A stretch of DNA of 64,000 nt from Eledone cirrhosa. Taxonomy: Eukaryota. The notes beneath the pieces are model-generated. The model ran no database searches, was not told the origin of the DNA, and worked only from the letters and a program-made list of their open reading frames with translations. The stretch lies in assembly GCA_964016885.1 (NCBI GenBank), contig OZ024743.1:135904001-135968000 (forward strand). Reading direction: 5' to 3'. Below are positions 48,401 through 60,900 of the stretch, piece by piece (position 1 is the first letter of the stretch; every line of letters starts with the position of its first letter). The position numbers and the translations under genes were made by a program.

Positions 48401-50620
48401 GGTTCTTTGTGTTTGGTGCTTGGTGCTTGGTGTTTGGTGCTTGGTGCTTGGTGTTTGGTGCTTGGTGCTTGGTGCTTGGTGTTTGGTGCTTGGTGTTAGG
48501 TGTTTGGTGCTTGGTGCTTGGTGTTTGGTGTTTGGTGCTTGGTGCTTGGTGTTTGGTGCTTGGTGCTTGGTGTTTGGTGTTTGGTGTTTGGTGCTTGGTG
48601 CTTGGTGTTTGCTGTTTGCTGTTTGCTGTTTGTTGTTTGGTGTTTGTTGTTTGGTGTTTGCTGTTTGGTGTTTGGTGTTTGCTATTTGGTGTTTGGTGTT
48701 TGCTGTATGTTGTATGCTGTTTGGTGTTTGGTGTTTGGTGTTTGGTGTTTGGTGTTTGGTGTTTGGTGCTTGGTGTTTGGTGCTTGGTGCTTGGTGTTTG
48801 GTGCCTGGTGCTTGGTGCTTGATGCTTGGTGTTTGGTTTTTGGTGCTTGGTGCTTGGTGCTTGGTCCTTGGTGTTTGGTGCTGGGTGCTTTGTGTTTGGT
48901 GCTTGGTGCTTGGTGCTTGGTGTTTGGTGTTTGCTGCTTGGTGTTTGATGCTTGGTGCTTGGTGCTTGGTGTTTTGTGTTTGGTGCTTGGTGCTTGGTGT
49001 TTGGTGCTTGGTGCTTGGTGCTTGGTGTTTGTACTTGGTGCTTGGTGCTTGGTGTTTGGTTCTTGGTTCTTGGTGTTTGGTGTTTTGCGTTTGGTGTTTG
49101 GTGCTTGGTGTTTGGTGCTTGGTGCTTGGTGTTTGGTGCCTGGTGCTTGGTGCTTGGTGCTTGGTGTTTGGTGTTTGGTGCTTGGTGCTTGGAGTTTGGT
49201 GTTTGGTGCTTGGTGCTTGGTGCTTGGTCCTTGGTGTTTGGTGCAGGGTGCTTTGTGTTTGGTGATTGGTGCTTGGTGTTTGGTGTTTGCTGCTTGGTGC
49301 TTGGTGCTTGGTGTTTCTACTTGGTGCTTGGTGCTTGGTGTTTGGTTCTTGGTTCTTGGTTTTTGGTACTTGGTGCTTGGTGCTTGGTGCTTGATGTTTG
49401 GTGTTTGGTGCTTGGTGTTTGGTGCTTGGTGGTTGGTGCTTGGTGCTTGGTGCTTGGTGTTAGGTATTTGGTGCTTGGTGCTTGGTGTTTGGTGTTTGCT
49501 GTTTGGTGTTTGGTGTTTGCTGTTTGGTGTTTGCTGTTTGGTGTTTGGTGTTTGCTGTTTGGTGTTTGGTCTTTGGTGCTTGGTGTTTGGTGCTTGGTGT
49601 TTGGTGTTTGGTGCTTGGTGCTTGGTGCTTGGTGTTTGGTGCTTGGTGCTTGGTGTTTTGTGTTTCGTGTTTGGTTTTTGGTGCTTGGTGCTTGGTGCTT
49701 GGTCCTTGGTGTTAGGTGCTGGGTGCTTTGTGTTTGGTGCTTGGTGCTTGGTGTTTGGTGTTTGCTGCTTGGTGCTTGATGCTTGGTGTTTGGTGCTTGG
49801 TGCTTGGTGCTTGGTGTTTGTACTTGGTGCTTAGTGCTTGGTGTTTGGTTCTTGGTTCTTGGTGTTTGGTGCTTGGCATTTGGTGTTTGGTGCTTGGTGC
49901 TTGGTGTTTGGTGCTTGGTGCTTGGTGTTTGGTGCCTGGTGCTTGGTGCTTGGTGCTTGGTGTTTGGAGTTTGGTGTTTGGTGCTTGGTGCTTGGTGCTT
50001 GGTCCTTGGTGTTTGGTGCTGGGTGCTTTGTGTTTGGTGATTGGTGCTTGGTGTTTGGTGTTTGCTGCTTGGTGTTTGATGCTTGGTGCTTGGTGTTTTG
50101 TGTTTGGTGCTTGGTGCTTGGTGTTTGGTGCTTGGTGCTTGGTGCTTGGTGTTTGTACTTGGTGCTTGGTGTTTGGTGTTTGGTTCTTGGTTCTTGGTGT
50201 TTGGTACTTGGTGCTTGGTGCTTGGTGCTTGGTGTTAGGTATTTGGTGCTTGGTGTTAGGTGTTTGGTGCTTGGTGCTTGGTGTTTGGTGTTTGGTGCTT
50301 GGTGTTTGGTGCTTGGAACTTGGTGCTTGGTGCTTGGTGTTAGGTGTTTGGTGCTTGGTGCTTGGTGTCTGGTTTTTGGTGCTTGGTGCTTGGTGTTTGG
50401 TGTTTGGTGCTTGCTGCTGGTTGCTTGGTGTTTGGTGCTTGATGATTGGTGCTTGGTGTTTGGGGCTTGGTGTTTGGTGTTTGGTGCTAGGTGCTTGGTG
50501 TTTGGTGCTTGGTGCTTGGTGTTTGTACTTGGTGCTTGGTGCTTGGTTCTTTGTGTTTGGTGCTTGGTGCTTGGTGTTTGGTGCTTGGTGCTTGGTGTTT
50601 GGTGCTTGATGCTTGGTGCT
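42000..50620 (+). repeat. Cluster of about five full or partial copies of the 2,144-bp C unit
   Basis: TTGGAAC at 42602, 44746, 45982 and 50313. ORF twins 42106/44250/45486/47630/49838 are spaced 2144, 1236, 2144 and 2208. Confidence 0.87.
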
Positions 50621-50899
50621 TGGTGTTTGGTGCGTGGTGTTAGGTGTTTGGTGCTTGGTGCTTGGTGTTTGGTGTTTGGTGCTTGGTGCTTGGTGTTTGG
50701 TGTTTGGTGCTTGGTGTTTGGTGTTTGGTGTTATATGCTTGGTGTTTGATGCTTGGTGCTTGGTGTTTGGTGCTTGGTGCTTGGTGTTTGTACTTGGTGC
50801 TTGGTGCTTGGTTCTTGGTGTTTGGTGCTTGGTGCTTGGTGTTTGGTGCTTGGTGCTTGGTGTTTGGTGCTTGGTGTTTGGTGCTTGGTGTTTGGTGCT

Positions 50900-53800
50900 T
50901 GGTGCTTGGTGCTTGGTGCTTGGTGTTTGGTGCTTGGTGTTTGGTGCTTGGTGTTAGGTGTTTGGTGCTTGGTGTTTGGTGTATGGTTTTTGGTGCTTGG
51001 TGCTTGGTGTTTGGTGCTTGCTGCTGGCTGCTTGGTGTTTGATGCTTGGTGATTGGTGCTTGGTGTTTGGTGCTTGGTGTTTGGTGTTTGGTGCTAGGTG
51101 CTTGGTGTTTGGTGCTTGGTGCTTGGTGCTTGGTGTTTGGTGCTTGGTGCTTGGTCTTTGGTGCTTGGTGTTTGGTGTTTGGTGCTTGGTGCTTGGTGCT
51201 TGGTGTTTGGTGCTTGGTGCTTGGTGTTTGGTGCTTGGTGCTTAGTGTTTGGTGCTTGGTGCTTAGTGTTTGGTGCTAGGTGCTTGGTGTTTGGTGCTTG
51301 GGGCTTGGTGTTTGGTGCCTGGTGCTTGGTGTTTGGTGCTTGGTGCTTGGTGTTTGGTGTTTGCTGTTTGCTGTTTGGTGTTTGTTGTTTGGTGTTTGTT
51401 GTTTGGTGTTTGCTGTTTGGTGTTTGGTGTTTGCTTTTTGGTGTTTGGTGTTTGCTGTATGTTGTTTGCTGTTTGGTGTTTGGTGTTTGGTCTTTGGTGC
51501 TTGGTGCTTGGTGTTTGGTGCTTGGTGCTTGGTGTTTCGTGCCTGGTGCTTGGTGCTTGGTGCTTGGTGTTTGGTGTTTGGTGCTTGGTGCTTGGTGCTT
51601 GGAGTTTGGTGTTTGGTGCTTGGTGCTTGGTGTTTTGTGTTTCGTGTTTGGTTTTTGGTGCTTGGTGCTTGGTGCTTGGTCCTTGGTGATTGGTGCTGGG
51701 TGCTTTGTGTTTGGTGCTTGGTGCTTGGTGCTTGGTGTTTTGTGTTTGGTGCTTGGTGCTTGGTGCTTGGTGCTTGGTGCTTGGTGTTTGTACTTGATGC
51801 TTGGTGCTTGGTGTTTGGTTCTTGGTTCTTGGTGTTTGGTACTTGGTGCTTGGTGTTTGGTGTTTGCTGTTTGGTGTTTGGTGTTTGGTGTTTGGTGTTT
51901 GCTGTTTGGTGTCTGCTTTTTGGTGTTTAGTGTTTGCTGTATGGTGTTTGGTGTTTGCTGTTTGGTGCTTGGTGTTTGGTGTTTGGTATTTGGTGCTTGG
52001 TGTCTGGTGCTTGGTGTTTGGTGCTTGGTGTTTGGTGTTTGGTGCTTGGTGTTTGGTGTTTGGTGTTTGGTGCTTGGTGCTTGGTGTTTGGTGTTTGGTG
52101 TTTGGTGCTTGGTGTCTGGTGCTTGGTGTTTGGTGTTTGGTGATTGGTGTTTGGTGTTTGGTGTTTGGTGCTTGGTGCTTGGTGATTGGTGTTTGGTGTT
52201 TGGTGTTTGGTGCTTGGTGCTTGGTGTTTGGTGCTTGGTGCTGAGTGGTTGGTGTTTGGTGCTTGGTGTTTGGTGCTGGGTGCTTGGTTTTTGGTCCTGG
52301 GTGCTTGGTGTTTGGTGCTTGGTGCTTGGTCTTTGATGCTTGGTGTTTGGTGCTTGGTGCTTGGTGCTTGGTGTTTGGTGCTTGGTGCTTGGTGTTTGGT
52401 GCTTGGTGCTTAGTGTTTGGTGCTAGGTGCTTGGTGTTTGGTGCTTGGTGTTTGGTGCTTGGTGTTTGGTGTTTGGTGTTTGGTGCTTGGTGCTTGGTGT
52501 TTGCTGTTTGCTGTTTGGTGTTTGTTGTTTGGTGTTTGTTGTTTGGTGTTTGCTGTTTGGTGTTTGGTGTCTGCTTTTTGGTGTTTGGTGTTTGCTGTAT
52601 GTTGTTTGCTGTTTGGTGTTTGGTGTTTGGTGTTTGGTGTTTGGTGTTTGGTGTTTGGTGCTTGGTGTTTGGTGCTTGGTGCTTGGTGTTTGGTGCCTGG
52701 TGCTTGGTGCTTGATGCTTGGTGTTTGGTGTTTGGTGCTTGGTGCTTGGTGTTTCGTGATTGGTGCTTATTTTTTTGTGTTTCGTGTTTGGTTTTTGGTG
52801 CTTGGTGCTTGGTGCTTGGTCCTTAGTGTTTGGTGCTGGGTGCTTTGTGTTTGGTGCTTGGTGCTTGGTGCTTGGTGTTTGGTGTTTGCTGCTTGGTGTG
52901 TGATGCTTGGTGCTTGGTGCTTGGTGTTTTGTGTTTGGTGCTTGGTGCTTGGTGTTTGGTGCTTGGTGCTTGGTGCTTGGTGTTTGTACTTGGTGCTTGG
53001 TGCTTGGTGTTTGGTTCTTGGTTCTTGGTGTTTGGTGTTTTGCGTTTGGTTTTTGGTGCTTCGTGCTTGGTGTTTGGTGCTTGGTGGTTGGTATTTGGTG
53101 CCTGGTGCTTGGTGCTTGGTGTTTGGTGTTTGGTGTTTGGTGCTTGGTGCTTGGAGTTTGGTGTTTGGTGCTTGGTGCTTGGTGCTTGGTCCTTGGTGTT
53201 TGGTGCTGGGTGCTTTGTGTTTGGTGATTGGTGCTTGGTGTTTGGTGTTTGCTGCTTGGTGTTTGATGCTTGGCGTTTTGTATTTGGTGCTTGGTGCTTG
53301 GTGTTTGGTGCTTGGTGCTTGGTACTTGGTGTTTCTACTTGGTGCTTGGTGCTTGGTGTTTGGTTCTTGGTTCTTGGTGTTTGGTACTTGGTGCTTGGTG
53401 CTTGGTGCTTGAAGTTTGGTGTTTGGTGCTTGGTGTTTGGTGCTTGGTGCTTGGTGCTTGGTGCTTGGTGCTTGGTGTTAGGTATTTGGTGCTTGGTGCT
53501 TGGTGTTTGGTGCTTGGTGTTTGGTGTTTGCTGTTTGGTGTTTGGTGTTTGCTGTTTGGTGTTTGCTGTTTGGTATTTGGTGTTTGCTGTTTGGTGTTTG
53601 GTCTTTGGTGTTTGGTGTTTGGTGCTTGGTGTTTGGTGTTTGGTGCTTGGTGCTTGGTGTTTGGTGTTTGGTGCTTGGTGCCTGGTGTTTGGTGTTTGGT
53701 GTTTGGTGCTTGGTGTCTGGTGCTTGGTGTTTGGTGCTTGGTGTTTGGTGTTTGGTGCTTGGTGCTTGGTGTTTGGTGTTTGGTGCTTGGTGTTTGGTGT

Positions 53801-56800
53801 TTGGTGCTTGTTGCTTGGTGCTTGATGTTTGGTGCTTGGTGCTTGGTGTTTGGTGCTGGGTGCTTGGTGCTTGTTATTTGGTTTTTGGTGCTTGGTGCTT
53901 GGTGTTTGGTGTTTGGTGTTATATGCTTGGTGTTTGATGCTTGGTGCTTGGTGCTTGGTGTTTGGTGTTTGGTGTTTGGTGCTTGGTGCTTGGTGTTTGG
54001 TGCTTGGTGCTGAGTGGTTGGTGTTTGGTGCTTGGTGTTTGGTGCTGGGTGCTTGCTGTTTGGTGCTGGGTGCTTGGTGTTTGGTGCTTGGTGCTTGGTC
54101 TTTGGTGCTTGGTGTTTGGTGCTTGGTGCTTGGTGCTTGGTGTTTGGTGCTTGTTGCTTGGTGTTTGGTGCTTGGTGCTTGGTGTTTGCTGTTTGCTGTT
54201 TGGTGTTTGTTGTTTGGTGTTTGTTGTTTGGTGTTTGCTGTTTGGTGTTTGGCATTTGGTGTTTGGTGCTTGGTGCTTGGTGTTTGGTGCTTGGTGCTTG
54301 GTGTTTGGTGCCTGGTGCTTGGTGCTTGGTGCTTGGTGTTTGGAGTTTGGTGTTTGGTGCTTGGTGCTTGGTGCTTGGTCCTTGGTGTTTGGTGCTGGGT
54401 GCTTTGTGTTTGGTGATTGGTGCTTGGTGTTTGGTGTTTGCTGCTTGGTGTTTGATGCTTGGTGCTTGGTGTTTTGTGTTTGGTGCTTGGTGCTTGGTGT
54501 TTGGTGCTTGGTGCTTGGTGCTTGGTGTTTGTACTTGGTGCTTGGTGTTTGGTGTTTGGTTCTTGGTTCTTGGTGTTTGGTACTTGGTGCTTGGTGCTTG
54601 GTGCTTGGTGTTAGGTATTTGGTGCTTGGTGCTTCTTGTTTGGTGCTTGGTATTTGGTGTTTGCTGTTTGGAGTTTGGTGTTTGGTGTTTGGTTTTGCTG
54701 TCTGGTGTCTGCTTTTTGGTGTTTAGTGTTTGCTGTATGGTGTTTGCTGTTTCGTGTTTGGTGTTTGCTGTTTGGTGTTTGGTCTTTGGTGCTTGGTGTT
54801 TGGTGCTTGGTGTTTGGTGTTTGGTGCTTGCTGCTTGGTGTTTGGTGTTTGGTGCTTGGTGCTTGGTGTTTGGTGTTTAGTGTTTGGTGCTTGGTGTCTG
54901 GTGCTTGGTGTTTGGTGTTTGGTGCTTGGTGTTTGGTGTTTGGTGATTGGTGCTTGGTGTTTGGTGTTTGCTGCTTGGTGTTTGATGCTTGGTGCTTGGT
55001 GTTTTGTGTTTGGTGCTTGGTGCTTGGTGTTTGGTGCTTGGTTCTTGGTGCTTGGTGTTTGTACTTGGTGCTTGGTGCTTGGTGTTTGGTTCTTGGTTCT
55101 TGGTGTTTGGTACTTGGTGCTTGGTGTTTGGTGTTTGCTGTTTGGTGTTTGGTGTTTGGTGTTTGGTGTTTGCTGTTTGGTGTCTGCTTTTTGGTGTTTA
55201 GTGTTTGCTGTATGGTGTTTGGTGTTTGCTGTTTGGTGTTTGGTCTTTGGTGCTTGGTGTTTGGTGCTCGGTGCTTGGTGTTTGGTATTCGGTGCTTGCT
55301 GCTTGGTGTTTGGTGCTTGGTGTTTGGTGTTTGGTGTTTGGTGCTTGGTGTCTGGTGCTTGGTGTTTGGTGCTTGGTGTTTGGTGTTTGGTGCTTGGTGT
55401 TTGGTGTTTGGTGTTTGGTGCTTGGTGCTTGGTGTTTGGTGTTTGGTGTTTGGTGCTTGGTGTCTGGTGCTTGGTGTTTGGTGTTTGGTGCTTGGTGTTT
55501 GGTGTTTGTTGCTTGGTGCTTGGTGCTTGGTGTTTGGTGTTTGGTGTTTGGTGCTTGGTGCTTGGTGTTTGGTGCTTGGTGCTGAGTGGTTGGTGTTTGG
55601 TGCTTGGTGTTTGGTGCTGGGTGCTTGGTTTTTGGTCCTGGGTGCTTGGTGTTTGGTGCTTGGTGCTTGGTGCTTGGTGTTTGGTGCTTGGTGCTTGGTG
55701 TTTGGTGCTTGGTGCTTAGTGTTTGGTGCTAGGTGCTTGGTGTTTGGTGCTTGGTGTTTGGTGCTTGGTGCTTGGTGTTTGGTGTTTGGTGTTTGGTGCT
55801 TGGTGTTTGGTGCTTGGTGCTTGGTGTTTGGTGTTTGGTGCTTGGTGCTTGGTGCTTGGTGTTTGGTGTTTGGTGTTTGGTGCTTGGTGCTTGGTGTTTG
55901 GTGCTTGGTGCTGAGTGGTTGGTGTTTGGTGCTTGGTGTTTGGTGCTGGGTGCTTGGTTTTTGGTCCTGGGTGCTTGGTGTTTGGTGCTTGGTGCTTGGT
56001 GCTTGGTGTTTGGTGCTTGGTGCTTGGTGTTTGGTGCTTGGTGCTTAGTGTTTGGTGCTAGGTGCTTGGTGTTTGGTGCTTGGTGTTTGGTGCTTGGTGC
56101 TTGGTGTTTGGTGTTTGGTGTTTGGTGCTTGGTGCTTGGTGTTTGCTGTTTGCTGTTTGGTGTTTGTTGTTTGGTGTTTGTTGTTTGGTGTTTGCTGTTT
56201 GGTGTTTGGTGTTTGCTATTTGGTGTTTGGTGTTTGCTGTATGTTGTTTGCTGTTTGGTGTTTGGTGTTTGGTGTTTGGTGTTTGGTGTTTGGTGTTTGG
56301 TGCTTGGTGTTTGGTGCTTGGTGCTTGGTGTTTGGTGCCTGGTGCTTGGTGCTTGATGCTTGGTGTTTGGTTTTTGGTGCTTGGTGCTTGGTGCTTGGTC
56401 CTTGGTGTTTGGTGCTGGGTGCTTTGTGTTTGGTGCTTGGTGCTTGGTGCTTGGTGTTTGGTGTTTGCTGCTTGGTGTTTGATGCTTGGTGCTTGGTGCT
56501 TGGTGTTTTGTGTTTGGTGCTTGGTGCTTGGTGTTTGGTGCTTGGTGATTGGTGCTTGGTGTTTGGTGTTTGCTGCTTGGTGCTTGGTGCTTGGTGTTTC
56601 TACTTGGTGCTTGGTGCTTGGTGTTTGGTTCTTGGTTCTTGGTGTTTGGTACTTGGTGCTTGGTGCTTGGTGCTTGATGTTTGGTGTTTGGTGCTTGGTG
56701 TTTGGTGCTTGGTGGTTGGTGCTTGGTGCTTGGTGCTTGGTGTTAGGTATTTGGTGCTTGGTGCTTGGTGTTTGGTGCTTGATGTTTGGTGTTTGCTGTT

Positions 56801-57500
56801 TGGTGTTTGGTGTTTGCTGTTTGGTGTTTGCTGTTTGGTGTTTGGTGTTTGCTGTTTGGTGTTTGGTCTTTGGTGCTTGGTGTTTGGTGCTTGGTGTTTG
56901 GTGTTTGGTGCTTGGTGCTTGGTGCTTGGTGTTTGGTGCTTGGTGCTTGGTGTTTTGTGTTTCGTGTTTGGTTTTTGGTGCTTGGTGCTTGGTGCTTGGT
57001 CCTTGGTGTTAGGTGCTGGGTGCTTTGTGTTTGGTGCTTGGTGCTTGGTGTTTGGTGTTTGCTGCTTGGTGCTTGATGCTTGGTGTTTGGTGCTTGGTGC
57101 TTGGTGCTTGGTGTTTGTACTTGGTGCTTAGTGCTTGGTGTTTGGTTCTTGGTTCTTGGTGTTTGGTGCTTGGCATTTGGTGTTTGGTGCTTGGTGCTTG
57201 GTGTTTGGTGCTTGGTGCTTGGTGTTTGGTGCCTGGTGCTTGGTGCTTGGTGCTTGGTGTTTGGAGTTTGGTGTTTGGTGCTTGGTGCTTGGTGCTTGGT
57301 CCTTGGTGTTTGGTGCTGGGTGCTTTGTGTTTGGTGATTGGTGCTTGGTGTTTGGTGTTTGCTGCTTGGTGTTTGATGCTTGGTGCTTGGTGTTTTGTGT
57401 TTGGTGCTTGGTGCTTGGTGTTTGGTGCTTGGTGCTTGGTGCTTGGTGTTTGTACTTGGTGCTTGGTGTTTGGTGTTTGGTTCTTGGTTCTTGGTGTTTG
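50900..57500 (+). repeat. More diverged, compact paralogue of about 14.0-25.0 kb (initial offset 36,893 bp)
   Basis: ORF twins 14065/50958, 14153/51046 and 14205/51098 differ by 36893. The offset then shrinks: 16098/52907 (36809), 17237/53829 (36592), 21895/54636 (32741), 24529/57013 (32484). Confidence 0.82.
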
Positions 57501-60500
57501 GTACTTGGTGCTTGGTGCTTGGTGCTTGGTGCTTGGTGTTAGGTATTTGGTGCTTGGTGCTTCGTGTTTGGTGCTTGGTGTTTGGTGTTTGCTGTTTGGA
57601 GTTTGCTGTTTGGTGTTTGGTTTTGCTGTCTGGTGTCTGCTTTTTGGTGTTTAGTGTTTGCTGTATGGTGTTTGCTGTTTCGTGTTTGGTGTTTGCTGTT
57701 TGGTGTTTGGTCTTTGGTGCTTGGTGTTTGGTGCTTGGTGTTTGGTGTTTGGTGCTTGCTGCTTGGTGTTTGGTGTTTGGTGCTTGGTGCTTGGTGTTTG
57801 GTGTTTAGTGTTTGGTGCTTGGTGTCTGGTGCTTGGTGTTTGGTGTTTGGTGCTTGGTGTTTGGTGTTTGGTGATTGGTGCTTGGTGTTTGGTGTTTGCT
57901 GCTTGGTGTTTGATGCTTGGTGCTTGGTGTTTTGTGTTTGGTGCTTGATGCTTGGTGTTTGGTGCTTGATGTTTGGTGTTTGGTGCTTGGTGTTTGGTGC
58001 TTGGTGCTTGGTGCTTGGTGCTTGGTGCTTGGTGCTTGGTGTTAGGTATTTGGTGCTTGGTGCTTGGTGTTTGGTGCTTGGTGTTTGGTGTTTGCTGTTT
58101 GGTGTTTGGTGTTTGCTGTTTGGTGTTTGCTGTTTGGTGTTTGGTGTTTGCTGTTTGGTGTTTGGTCTTTGGTGCTTGGTGTTTGGTGCTTGGTGTTTGG
58201 TGTTTGGTGCTTGGTGCTTGGTGTTTGGTGTTTGGTGCTTGGTGCCTGGTGTTTGGTGTTTGGTGTTTGGTGTTTGGTGTTTGGTGTTTGGTGTTTGGTG
58301 CTTGGTGTTTGGTGCTGGGTGCTTGGTTTTTGGTCCTGGGTGCTTGGTGTTTGGTGCTTGGTGCTTGGTGCTTGGTGTTTGGTGCTTGGTGCTTGGTGTT
58401 TGGTGCTTGGTGCTTAGTGTTTGGTGCTAGGTGCTTGGTGTTTGGTGCTTGGTGTTTGGTGCTTGGTGCTTGGTGTTTGGTGTTTGGTGTTTGGTGCTTG
58501 GTGCTTGGTGTTTGCTGTTTGCTGTTTGGTGTTTGTTGTTTGGTGTTTGTTGTTTGGTGTTTGCTGTTTGGTGTTTGGTGTTTGCTATTTGGTGTTTGGT
58601 GTTTGCTGTATGTTGTTTGCTGTTTGGTGTTTGGTGTTTGGTGTTTGGTGTTTGGTGTTTGGTGTTTGGTGTTTGGTGCTTGGTGTTTGGTGCTTGGTGC
58701 TTGGTGTTTGGTGCCTGGTGCTTGGTGCTTGATGCTTGGTGTTTGGTTTTTGGTGCTTGGTGCTTGGTGCTTGGTCCTTGGTGTTTGGTGCTGGGTGCTT
58801 TGTGTTTGGTGCTTGGTGCTTGGTGCTTGGTGTTTGGTGTTTGCTGCTTGGTGTTTGATGCTTGGTGCTTGGTGCTTGGTGTTTTGTGTTTGGTGCTTGG
58901 TGCTTGGTGTTTGGTGCTTGGTGCTTGGTGCTTGGTGTTTGTACTTGGTGCTTGGTGCTTGGTGTTTGGTTCTTGGTTCTTGGTGTTTGGTGTTTTGCGT
59001 TTGGTGTTTGGTGCTTGGTGTTTGGTGCTTGGTGCTTGGTGTTTGGTGCCTGGTGCTTGGTGCTTGGTGCTTGGTGTTTGGTGTTTGGTGCTTGGTGCTT
59101 GGAGTTTGGTGTTTGGTGCTTGGTGCTTGGTGCTTGGTCCTTGGTGTTTGGTGCAGGGTGCTTTGTGTTTGGTGATTGGTGCTTGGTGTTTGGTGTTTGC
59201 TGCTTGGTGCTTGGTGCTTGGTGTTTCTACTTGGTGCTTGGTGCTTGGTGTTTGGTTCTTGGTTCTTGGTGTTTGGTACTTGGTGCTTGGTGCTTGGTGC
59301 TTGATGTTTGGTGTTTGGTGCTTGGTGTTTGGTGCTTGGTGGTTGGTGCTTGGTGCTTGGTGCTTGGTGTTAGGTATTTGGTGCTTGGTGCTTGGTGTTT
59401 GGTGCTTGGTGTTTGGTGTTTGCTGTTTGGTGTTTGGTGTTTGCTGTTTGGTGTTTGCTGTTTGGTGTTTGGTGTTTGCTGTTTGGTGTTTGGTCTTTGG
59501 TGCTTGGTGTTTGGTGCTTGGTGTTTGGTGTTTGGTGCTTGGTGCTTGGTGCTTGGTGTTTGGTGCTTGGTGCTTGGTGTTTTGTGTTTCGTGTTTGGTT
59601 TTTGGTGCTTGGTGCTTGGTGCTTGGTCCTTGGTGTTAGGTGCTGGGTGCTTTGTGTTTGGTGCTTGGTGCTTGGTGTTTGGTGTTTGCTGCTTGGTGCT
59701 TGATGCTTGGTGTTTGGTGCTTGGTGCTTGGTGCTTGGTGTTTGTACTTGGTGCTTAGTGCTTGGTGTTTGGTTCTTGGTTCTTGGTGTTTGGTGCTTGG
59801 CATTTGGTGTTTGGTGCTTGGTGCTTGGTGTTTGGTGCTTGGTGCTTGGTGTTTGGTGCCTGGTGCTTGGTGCTTGGTGCTTAGTGTTTGGAGTTTGGTG
59901 TTTGGTGCTTGGTGCTTGGTGCTTGGTCCTTGGTGTTTGGTGCTGGGTGCTTTGTGTTTGGTGATTGGTGCTTGGTGTTTGGTGTTTGCTGCTTGGTGTT
60001 TGATGCTTGGTGCTTGGTGTTTTGTGTTTGGTGCTTGGTGCTTGGTGTTTGGTGCTTGGTGCTTGGTGCTTGGTGTTTGTACTTGGTGCTTGGTGTTTGG
60101 TGTTTGGTTCTTGGTTCTTGGTGTTTGGTACTTGGTGCTTGGTGCTTGGTGCTTGGTGCTTGGTGTTAGGTATTTGGTGCTTGGTGCTTCGTGTTTGGTG
60201 CTTGGTGTTTGGTGTTTGGTGTTTGGAGTTTGCTGTTTGGTGTTTGGTTTTGCTGTCTGGTGTCTGCTTTTTGGTGTTTAGTGTTTGCTGTATGGTGTTT
60301 GCTGTTTCGTGTTTGGTGTTTGCTGTTTGGTGTTTGGTCTTTGGTGCTTGGTGTTTGGTGCTTGGTGTTTGGTGTTTGGTGCTTGCTGCTTGGTGTTTGG
60401 TGTTTGGTGCTTGGTGCTTGGTGTTTGGTGTTTAGTGTTTGGTGCTTGGTGTCTGGTGCTTGGTGTTTGGTGTTTGGTGCTTGGTGTTTGGTGTTTGGTG

Positions 60501-60900
60501 ATTGGTGCTTGGTGTTTGGTGTTTGCTGCTTGGTGTTTGATGCTTGGTGCTTGGTGTTTTGTGTTTGGTGCTTGGTGCTTGGTGTTTGGTGCTTGATGTT
60601 TGGTGTTTGGTGCTTGGTCTTTGGTGCTTGGTGCTTGGTGCTTGGTGCTTGGTGCTTGGTGCTTGGTGTTAGGTATTTGGTGCTTGGTGCTTGGTGTTTG
60701 GTGCTTGGTGTTTGGTGTTTGCTGTTTGGTGTTTGGTGTTTGCTGTTTGGTGTTTGCTGTTTGGTGTTTGGTGTTTGCTGTTTGGTGTTTGGTCTTTGGT
60801 GCTTGGTGTTTGGTGCTTGGTGTTTGGTGTTTGGTGCTTGGTGCTTGGTGTTTGGTGTTTGGTGCTTGGTGCCTGGTGTTTGGTGTTTGGTGTTTGGTGC
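56550..60900 (+). repeat. Duplication with 2,627-bp offset (about 56.55-58.26 kb repeated at 59.2-60.9 kb)
   Basis: ORF twins 57013/59640, 57380/60007, 57564/60191 and 57973/60600 differ by 2627. Shared marker TTGGAGT-TTGCTGT at about 57596 and 60223. Confidence 0.85.

Noticed and set aside
4598-54255. Minus-strand ORFs (4598-5317, 19439-20698, 21982-22731, 44124-45527, 53335-54255) resembling mucin-like or repetitive proteins
   Set aside because: They exist only where a rare variant creates CAT on the + strand, and some of those are private to one copy. There is no signal peptide or non-repeat sequence.
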